This document shows positions 45,501-51,884 of a stretch of DNA of 64,000 bases, in pieces. Made by a program: the position numbers and the translations under genes. Source of the stretch: Lachnospiraceae bacterium (GTDB taxonomy: Bacteria; Bacillota; Clostridia; Lachnospirales; Lachnospiraceae); the NCBI GenBank assembly GCA_021199655.1, contig JAJQHQ010000019.1, positions 12,511 through 76,510 of the forward strand. The letters are read 5' to 3'. The notes under the pieces were generated by a model. That model was not told where the DNA came from. It saw nothing but the letters and a program-made list of their open reading frames with translations, and searched no databases. The first letter of the stretch is position 1, and every line of letters begins with the position of its first letter.

Positions 45501-46432
45501 GACGCCATCAGACGATCGATCAGGAAGGCACACAGCTTGTCTGCGGGTTACTGGCAGGAACTGTTTTTGTTATTCTGATGCTGCTTTTGTATAATGGCAA
45601 TGCGGAATGTCCCCGATATACGGCGATCCTGAATTCGGTATATTGCATTCTGATTCCGATTGTGGTATCATTTCTCGGGCATCAGGCAGCAACTGCCGGC
45701 CATGCGGTGGAAGCGCCCCCTCCCTTACGGTCGGCGGCAGGTTGCGCCGTCAATGAGAGAAACGCTGCGCGTTTGGACGGCGCTGCAGTATCTGCGGGAA
45801 AGCAGACTCCTCTGCCGGCAGCTGTGATGGGGGTTCTGGCCGTCCTGCTGCTGATACAGACGTACTGGACGATCGATCCGGTCATCCTGGTGCATGGTTC
45901 GGGAATTGATACCGGAAAGAAGACATTGTATCGTCTGGCTCTTGATCAGGATTCCCGTTCAGGGATGAATCTGGGAGCTGATTATAGTGAATATACAGCT
46001 GTAGGGGATATTTATGCTTATAATATTGAGTACAGCTATTATAACAGCCTGATCCGGGAAGCAATGACGGAGATTGAGCCTGATAAAGAGGATCAGTTTT
46101 ACATTCTGGATCTGATCACATATGAGATGCATCTTAGCGGGGAGCAGTATCCCATTTACTGGAACTCCCGATTAGGAAAAATGACCTATGACGGCGAGGA
46201 TGAGGACAGTATATTACTTTCACAGGAAAGTATAAAAACGGAAGATCTCTGTGCGGCAGATATCGGCTCATTGGAATTAGAAGAGGAATTTTATCTGGTA
46301 GTTGCGGCGCGCGTGGATGAGCAGGCCGCGGTGGACCGCATTCTGGAAGAAGGATATGAAGCAGCGGAAGTACTCGAATATGAGAATCTATACGGGGCGA
46401 TGAGTGTATACCGCTTTGTTAAACAGTCCTGA
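42596..46432 (+). CDS. 1278-aa surface/membrane protein: signal peptide, two GLUG-like modules, GT-C-like polytopic domain, C-terminal soluble domain
   Basis: Modules are at about 42715-43215 and 43520-44010 (PYLIQS...QTxDxxL...WxPIG...YDGxGH...GLFGQL...NCxN...GGIADxF), followed by more than 10 TM helices. Confidence 0.6.
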   Translation: MKAGHLKNNTHTKTAFLIFCIVLFTVSMSIMKVRAEDTEFPFSGDGSKDSPYLIQSVEELCEFRDLVNEGEEFQDCYFYQTGNLDLGGMDWVPIGIYGSGHYFYGVYDGGGHYLENLTIVEPIDPGENESSSKPGLFGQLAGIVLNLGIESGEIEGTYCGSIASHAVSGASPYIINCYNKADVKGRRAGGIADNFSGGTIINCWYSANIESLSGTASGPASYDGILIDCFGITDDYADSFLGTIIAARGTGSESDQSGDSRIFDAGLFYLPEEIDIDMLIPWEWDEDENELVFSENTSAQVSVNAETAFEGEGTEAEPYLIQSWSDLCMFRYLVNTGNEFSGIYFQQTADIAIESDDWIPVGICGSGNYFYGIYDGAGHAITGLRTKYHMDSEQDSKGLFGQLGGVVANLRLEAVDMEGAYCGAIAAMAAGKGEERTAAILNCFVSGSITGYRVGGIADYFSEATIANCISDVTITLYEDAGDWEDNTGGILSSSLDTKVYGCRTTAAQVMPDAYTSATSGVITAEDLQDKGFVLRQNIRTALTQELFANRFGVRLMQWELTEEGILQFGEGQLYLLLFDWMNLYLLPVLLLVFIISILILMKKTGIKRFEDRYHQQISAVLIISAILSVFVDCAAFGTAKGSLCFGNLCFVIQIHVVFAASLLLFTGYVRTHGRRNIRIGRGNRTGLITLSAVMLLTLILELRQFGITPLYDASLYYGSLVRGVKLFRLDLFSYIGAFVCWKWAQGSALLIAPLEFLLPGQMTGVYVSNIIITEITIVVMYRLLKESISDCSPVLAALSGAILIFCPYQLGMFTYLNFDTYLSCYVIWLLYSYRRKNNLMIAFCGYLLCFTKITGGIFYVLFLVAASVYEALRRYTGSWLRRMAGWWSWPRCIIWMVPGFLYLGAYLFGDWLTIQHFEGAYVISAMASAKTLVSAGNTLVQAFVFGFRWLFLLIIIAAGILWLICPPGRHQTIDQEGTQLVCGLLAGTVFVILMLLLYNGNAECPRYTAILNSVYCILIPIVVSFLGHQAATAGHAVEAPPPLRSAAGCAVNERNAARLDGAAVSAGKQTPLPAAVMGVLAVLLLIQTYWTIDPVILVHGSGIDTGKKTLYRLALDQDSRSGMNLGADYSEYTAVGDIYAYNIEYSYYNSLIREAMTEIEPDKEDQFYILDLITYEMHLSGEQYPIYWNSRLGKMTYDGEDEDSILLSQESIKTEDLCAADIGSLELEEEFYLVVAARVDEQAAVDRILEEGYEAAEVLEYENLYGAMSVYRFVKQS
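45712..45790 (+). repeat. GC-rich repeat modules read in frame in the 1278-aa ORF
   Basis: Degenerate module 1 at 45716-45737 (..CTTACGGTCGGCGG). Module 2 ATGAGAGAAACGCTGCGCGTTTGGACGGC at 45753-45781. Confidence 0.75.
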
Positions 46433-46468
46433 ACAGCAGCAAAAGAAACAGAAAGGAACAGACCTATC

Positions 46469-47824
46469 ATGAACCACTGGGAAAATGAGACAGAGGCACG
46501 GGAAGAAATTAAAAGCCTGGTAACGGAATATTACCATCAGTTCAAAGAAAAGAAAAACGATTTTCACGAGGGAGACCGCATCTCCTATGCCTCAAGAGTG
46601 TATGACGAAAAAGAAATGTGCGCGCTGACGGACGCGACGCTGGACTTCTGGCTGACGACGGGCCGCTTTGCGGATCAGTTTGAAAAAGATTTTGCGAAGT
46701 GGATCGGTGTGCGGTATGCGCATCTGGTCAACAGCGGTTCCTCTGCGAATCTGATCGCGTTTATGGCGCTGACGGCGCCGGAGCTTGGGGAGCGGCAGAT
46801 CCGGCGGGGAGATGAGATCATTACCGTCGCCTGTGGGTTTCCCACCACTGTGACGCCGATCCTGAACTACGGCGCGGTGCCGGTCTTTGTGGATGTGACC
46901 GTTCCGCAGTACAACATTGACGTCACAAAACTGGAGGCTGCTCTCTCAGAAAAGACGAAAGCCGTCATGATCGCGCATACGCTCGGCAATCCGTTTGATC
47001 TTCAGCAGGTAAAGGCATTCTGCGATGCGCATGATCTCTGGCTGGTGGAGGACAACTGCGACGCACTCGGCACACAGTATACGATCAACGGTGAGACGAA
47101 ATACACCGGCACCTGGGGCGATATCGGGACCAGCAGCTTCTATCCGCCGCACCATATGACGATGGGGGAAGGCGGATGCGTCTATACGGATAATCCTCTG
47201 CTTCATAAGCTGATCCTATCCTACCGCGACTGGGGACGCGACTGTATCTGCCCATCCGGAAGAGACAATTTCTGCGGGCACCGGTTCGATGGGCAGCACG
47301 GGGAGCTTCCGCAGGGCTATGATCATAAATATGTCTACAGTCATTTTGGATATAATTTAAAGGTGACCGATCTGCAGGCGGCGATTGGCTGCGAGCAGCT
47401 GAAGAAATTCCCGTCCTTTATCGAGCGCCGCCGGCACAACTGGGACAGGCTGTATGCGGCTCTGGAAGGCGCGCAGGATAAGCTGATCCTGCCCGAGCCG
47501 GCGGATCACAGCCGCCCGTCATGGTTTGGTTTTCTGATCAGTGTGAGGGAAGAGAGCGGTCTGGATCGCAACAAAGTGACCCGGTATATCGAAGAGCACA
47601 ATGTACAGACGAGACTTTTGTTTTCCGGGAACCTGATCAAACATCCCTGTTTCGATCAGATTCGAGGCACGGACGCGTATCGTGTGGCGGGAAGTCTGGA
47701 TGCGACGGAATTTATCATGAACAACACGTTCTGGGTGGGCGTCTACCCGGGGATGACAGATGAAATGATCGACTATATGGCAAAGGTGATACTTGAGGCG
47801 ACAGATTGCCGGAGAAACAGGTAA
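46469..47824 (+). CDS. rfbH: CDP-4-keto-6-deoxy-D-glucose 3-dehydrase (E1, RfbH/DdhC type)
   Basis: DegT-fold with SSFYPPHHMTMGEGG (His where aminotransferases have the Schiff-base Lys) and a C-x-C-x7-C cluster (DCICPSGRDNFC). Confidence 0.85.
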   Translation: MNHWENETEAREEIKSLVTEYYHQFKEKKNDFHEGDRISYASRVYDEKEMCALTDATLDFWLTTGRFADQFEKDFAKWIGVRYAHLVNSGSSANLIAFMALTAPELGERQIRRGDEIITVACGFPTTVTPILNYGAVPVFVDVTVPQYNIDVTKLEAALSEKTKAVMIAHTLGNPFDLQQVKAFCDAHDLWLVEDNCDALGTQYTINGETKYTGTWGDIGTSSFYPPHHMTMGEGGCVYTDNPLLHKLILSYRDWGRDCICPSGRDNFCGHRFDGQHGELPQGYDHKYVYSHFGYNLKVTDLQAAIGCEQLKKFPSFIERRRHNWDRLYAALEGAQDKLILPEPADHSRPSWFGFLISVREESGLDRNKVTRYIEEHNVQTRLLFSGNLIKHPCFDQIRGTDAYRVAGSLDATEFIMNNTFWVGVYPGMTDEMIDYMAKVILEATDCRRNR

Positions 47825-47858
47825 CTGTGATGGTACGGAACAGTATTGAAACAGTTAC
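47821..47858 (+). repeat. GTAAC-hairpin repeat copy with expanded loop
   Basis: GTAACTGTGATGGTACGGAACAGTATTGAAACAGTTAC. Its TAA (47822-47824) is the rfbH stop. Confidence 0.75.
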
Positions 47859-47883
47859 AAAACAGTAAGAAGGAGATGACTGG

Positions 47884-49719
47884 ATGAAACAGAGATTAGC
47901 GGACTATGTGGCGGATTTTCTGGTGGAGCATGGCGTGACCGACTGTTTCAGCGTGGTCGGCGGAGGCGCCATGCATTTAAATGACGCACTGGGGCACAAA
48001 GAAGGCCTGCATGTGACGTATAATCATCACGAACAGGCCTGCGCGATCGCTGCGGAAGCCTATGCGCGCCTTGACAACAGGATTGCGGCTGTCTGTGTGA
48101 CGACAGGACCGGGCGGAACGAATGCACTGACTGGTGTAGTCGGCGGATGGCTGGACTCGATCCCGATGTTCATTATCAGCGGGCAGGTGCGCTATGATAC
48201 GACAGCCAGATATGCGCTGCAGTTTACAGGGACACCGCTGCGGGCGATGGGGGATCAGGAGTATGATATCGTAAAATCGGTGGAACCGATGACAAAATAC
48301 GCGACCATGATCGAGGATCCCACGCAGATCCGGTATGCGCTCGAAAAGGGCTGGCATCTTGCCACGACGGGCAGACCGGGGCCGGTCTGGATCGATATTC
48401 CGGTGAATTACCAGGGCGGCTACATTGAAACGGATGAACTGGAAGGCTATGATCCGGCAGAGGATGACGCGCTTCTTCCGCCGAAGGTCTCTGATGAGAC
48501 GATCGATGCCGTTCTGGAAAAGATAAAGAACGCAAAGCGACCGGTCTTCCATGCGGGATATGGAATCCGGCTTTCCGGAGGGTACGAAGCCTTCCGCGAA
48601 GCGGCGGACAGGCTGCAGATACCGGTCGTCACCTACTGGAACGCGGCGGATCTGATTGAGGATGAGAACCCATTGTACTGCGGCCGTGCCGGAAACATGG
48701 GTGACCGGCCGGGCAACTGGGCGATCCAGAACGCGGATCTGATCCTCGCGGTCGGTACGCGGATCTCCATCCGGCAGGTCGGATATAACTGGAAGACATG
48801 GGCACGCGCCGCGGAAGTGATCATGGTCGATATTGACCAGGCAGAGATGAAAAAGCCCACGCTGCATGTGGATATGCCCATCTGGGCAGATGCGAAGGAT
48901 TTTCTGACAAAGCTGAATTCCAGGATCCTGCAGACACCGGTCAGCACAGCTTCTGACTGGCTTGCGACCTGTCAGCGCTGGAAGCGGGAATATCCTGTAG
49001 TGCAGCCGCGTCAGTGGGAAGAGAACGGGACAACAGCAAATGTCTATGCATTTGTGCGCTACCTTTCCAGCCGGCTTCCGGAAAACAGCCTTACAGCGGT
49101 ATCGAACGGAGCCTGCTGCGTGGTAGGCAATCAGGCTTATGTGATCCAGAAAGGAAGCCGTATGGCCAACAACAGTGCGATCGCCAGCATGGGGTATGGC
49201 CTTCCGGCCGCGATCGGCACCTGCATCGGCGGCGGCAGGAGAACAACAATCTGCCTGGAGGGAGACGGCAGCATTATGATGAACCTGCAGGAGCTGCAGA
49301 CCGTGCTGACCAACCGGCTTCCCATCAAGCTGTTTCTGATTAACAACAACGGGTATCATTCCATCCGTATAACGCAGACCAATCTGTTCGGAGAGCATAC
49401 GAAGGTGGGGATCGGGCCGGAGTCAGGCGACCTTTCCTTCCCGGAATTCCGGAAGATTGCGGAAGCGTTTGGGTATCCTTATTACAGCGCATCCAGCAAT
49501 GCCGAAATGAAGGAAGTCGTAGATCAGGTGCTGATCGCGGACGGACCGGTATTCTGCGAGATCTTTACGGACACAAAGCAGGTATGGGAGCCGAAGAGCA
49601 GCACGAAACGTCTGGAGGACGGAACGCTTGTCAGCCCGCCGCTTGAAGACCTTGCTCCGTTCCTGCCAAAAGAGGAACTCGAAAAGAACATGTTTATTCC
49701 GCTGGTACCGGAGGAGTAA
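47884..49719 (+). CDS. Thiamine-diphosphate-dependent enzyme (acetolactate-synthase-like; YerE-like candidate sugar C-branching enzyme)
   Basis: ThDP motif GDGSIMMNLQELQT...INNNGY and three-domain ALS-like length. Located between rfbH and an SDR. Confidence 0.75.
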   Translation: MKQRLADYVADFLVEHGVTDCFSVVGGGAMHLNDALGHKEGLHVTYNHHEQACAIAAEAYARLDNRIAAVCVTTGPGGTNALTGVVGGWLDSIPMFIISGQVRYDTTARYALQFTGTPLRAMGDQEYDIVKSVEPMTKYATMIEDPTQIRYALEKGWHLATTGRPGPVWIDIPVNYQGGYIETDELEGYDPAEDDALLPPKVSDETIDAVLEKIKNAKRPVFHAGYGIRLSGGYEAFREAADRLQIPVVTYWNAADLIEDENPLYCGRAGNMGDRPGNWAIQNADLILAVGTRISIRQVGYNWKTWARAAEVIMVDIDQAEMKKPTLHVDMPIWADAKDFLTKLNSRILQTPVSTASDWLATCQRWKREYPVVQPRQWEENGTTANVYAFVRYLSSRLPENSLTAVSNGACCVVGNQAYVIQKGSRMANNSAIASMGYGLPAAIGTCIGGGRRTTICLEGDGSIMMNLQELQTVLTNRLPIKLFLINNNGYHSIRITQTNLFGEHTKVGIGPESGDLSFPEFRKIAEAFGYPYYSASSNAEMKEVVDQVLIADGPVFCEIFTDTKQVWEPKSSTKRLEDGTLVSPPLEDLAPFLPKEELEKNMFIPLVPEE

Positions 49720-49722
49720 ATT

Positions 49723-50697
49723 ATGGAAACCGGGGACAATATACAGGTGAAACAGAGTATGATACACAGAACGATCAGAAATGCGGTAGTGACAGGACCT
49801 ACCGGAGCGATTGGAACTGCCTTATGCAAAAAACTGCTGTCGGAAGGCATTCATGTATGGGCCGTCTGCCGGCCGGGGAGTGCACGGGCAGCTGACCTGC
49901 CCGAAGACGAGCATTTGGATATCGTCTATTGTGATGCAAAGGACATTCTGACACTGCCTGACCGGATTCCTGTCAGAGTGCAGGCTTTCTTTCATCTGGC
50001 ATGGGCCCATACGATCGGGGAAGGCCGGAATGATATGATCGCTCAGACGGAAAATATACAGTACACGCTGTATGCTGTGCAGTGTGCCGCGAGGCTGGGC
50101 TGTCAGGTATTTATCGGAGCCGGGAGTCAGGCGGAGTATGGCCGGGTAAATGGTCCGCTTCGCGCGGATACCCCCTGCAATCCTGAAAATGGATATGGCA
50201 TGGCCAAGCTGTGTGCGGGACAGATGAGCCGTGTGGAAGCCGGGAAACTTCAGGTTGCACATGTCTGGCCGCGGGTATTGTCGGTATATGGTCCGCATGA
50301 GCACCCGTCAACGATGACCTCATTTTTGACGAAGACTCTTTTGAGAGGGGAAAAACCTGCTCTGACAGCGGGAGAACAGATATGGGATTATCTGTATTCG
50401 GCGGACGCGGCAGATGCTTTTTACCGAATGGCTGTATCGGGCAGGGACGGTGCGGTGTATCCGCTTGGAAGCGGCGAAGCGCGTCCCTTAAAAGAGTATA
50501 TTGGCAAGATCCGGGATACGATCGATCCGGCTCTGCCACTGGGGCTGGGAGAGATCCCTTATGGTAAGCTTCAGGTGATGCATCTGGAAGCGGATATCAC
50601 TGCTCTTAAGGAAGATACAGGCTTTGAAGCACATACGGATTTTGCGACAGGAATAAAAGAGACAATAGACTGGATCAGGAGTCGGGAAAATGAGTAA
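49723..50697 (+). CDS. NAD(P)-dependent epimerase/reductase (extended SDR)
   Basis: VTGPTGAIGTAL and YGMAK (YxxxK). GGAGGAG lies 6 nt before the ATG. Confidence 0.8.
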   Translation: METGDNIQVKQSMIHRTIRNAVVTGPTGAIGTALCKKLLSEGIHVWAVCRPGSARAADLPEDEHLDIVYCDAKDILTLPDRIPVRVQAFFHLAWAHTIGEGRNDMIAQTENIQYTLYAVQCAARLGCQVFIGAGSQAEYGRVNGPLRADTPCNPENGYGMAKLCAGQMSRVEAGKLQVAHVWPRVLSVYGPHEHPSTMTSFLTKTLLRGEKPALTAGEQIWDYLYSADAADAFYRMAVSGRDGAVYPLGSGEARPLKEYIGKIRDTIDPALPLGLGEIPYGKLQVMHLEADITALKEDTGFEAHTDFATGIKETIDWIRSRENE

Positions 50698-51637
50698 AGA
50701 GAAGAAAAAGATATCTGTGATGATCCCCTGCTATAATGAGGAAGAAAATGTGGTTCCCATCAGCGAAGCGGTCGTAGATATTTTAAATAAAGAACTGCCG
50801 GAATATGATTATGAAATCCTGTTTATCGACAACTGCTCTACGGATAAGACCAGAGATCTGCTTCGGGCTATCTGCAGTCAGAACAAAAAGATCAGGGCAA
50901 TCCTGAACGCCAGAAATTTTGGACAGTTTAATTCCCCCTACTATGGACTTTGCCAGACGACGGGAGACTGTACGATCTCTCTGTGCTGTGATTTTCAGGA
51001 TCCGGTGGAACTGATCCCGGTGTTTGTTCATGAATGGGAAAAAGGCTATAAGATCGTCAGCGGGATTAAGACGTCCAGCAAGGAAAATCGTTTTATTTAT
51101 TTTTTGAGAACCGTATATTATAAGCTGATCAAAAATATGTCGTCCGTGGATATGATCGAGCACTTCACCGGTTTTGGACTGTATGATAAAGACTTTATCC
51201 AGCTGCTTCGCGATCTGGAGGATCCGATTCCGTTTATCCGTGGGGTGGTTGCGGAATTTGGCTATAAACGAAAGGAAATCGAATACGAGCAGCCGAAACG
51301 GAGAGCGGGGAAAACACACAACAATTTTTATTCCCTGTATGATGCCGCCATGTTGAGCTTCACTTCTTACACGAAGGTCGGACTGCGGCTGGCAAGCTTT
51401 GTGGGATATATCTGTGCGTTTTTCAGTTTTGTAGTCGGAATCGTATATTTTGTTCAGAAGCTTCTGCACTGGAACGACTTTTCAGCCGGCATGGCGCCGC
51501 TGGTCATAGGACTGTTTTTCCTGTCCGGCATTGAGCTGATCTTTATCGGATTTCTGGGAGAATATGTCATGAATATCAACCAGAGAGTGATGAACAGGCC
51601 TCTGGTGATAGAAGAAGAGAGAATCAATTTTGAGTAA
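50690..51637 (+). CDS. GT2 polyprenyl-phosphate glycosyltransferase (GtrB/ArnC-like) with two C-terminal TM helices
   Basis: ISVMIPCYNEEENV, FIDNCSTDKT, CDFQDP. The C-terminal TM pair is typical of GtrB. Confidence 0.8.
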   Translation: MSKEKKKISVMIPCYNEEENVVPISEAVVDILNKELPEYDYEILFIDNCSTDKTRDLLRAICSQNKKIRAILNARNFGQFNSPYYGLCQTTGDCTISLCCDFQDPVELIPVFVHEWEKGYKIVSGIKTSSKENRFIYFLRTVYYKLIKNMSSVDMIEHFTGFGLYDKDFIQLLRDLEDPIPFIRGVVAEFGYKRKEIEYEQPKRRAGKTHNNFYSLYDAAMLSFTSYTKVGLRLASFVGYICAFFSFVVGIVYFVQKLLHWNDFSAGMAPLVIGLFFLSGIELIFIGFLGEYVMNINQRVMNRPLVIEEERINFE

Positions 51638-51809
51638 CAGTTCAGAACAGCATCGAAATGAAAAGACAGACCGTGCAGGTTTACCTGCAAAAGGCTGTAT
51701 TTTCATTTCGGGATGGGCGGAACGCCCATCAAGCCTCAGACATATGACGCGCAGGCGGCATATAGCCTTCGAAGAAGGCGGTCTGTGGCCTGCTGTTCTG
51801 AACAGTTAC
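51634..51809 (+). mobile_element. Composite MITE-like repeat (176 bp) with near-perfect inverted termini
   Basis: GTAACAGTTCAGAACAGCA (51634-51652) / TGCTGTTCTGAACAGTTAC (51791-51809), 18/19 complementary. The interior shares GAAAAGACAG with 14495-14665. Its TAA is the stop of the GT2 gene. Confidence 0.7.
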
Positions 51810-51884
51810 AATTTTGAGGGCGACGACGATAATACTTAATACCAGAAACCATTCAGGAACTGTCTGAATGTCAGGAGAAGAAGA

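Noticed and set aside
47977-49398. 473-aa minus-strand ORF (and similar long antisense ORFs at 32371-33468, 41384-42433, 26140-27003, 959-1759, 9493-10317)
   Set aside because: All lie fully inside strongly supported + strand genes and show shadow-frame composition. None has an SD/start context.
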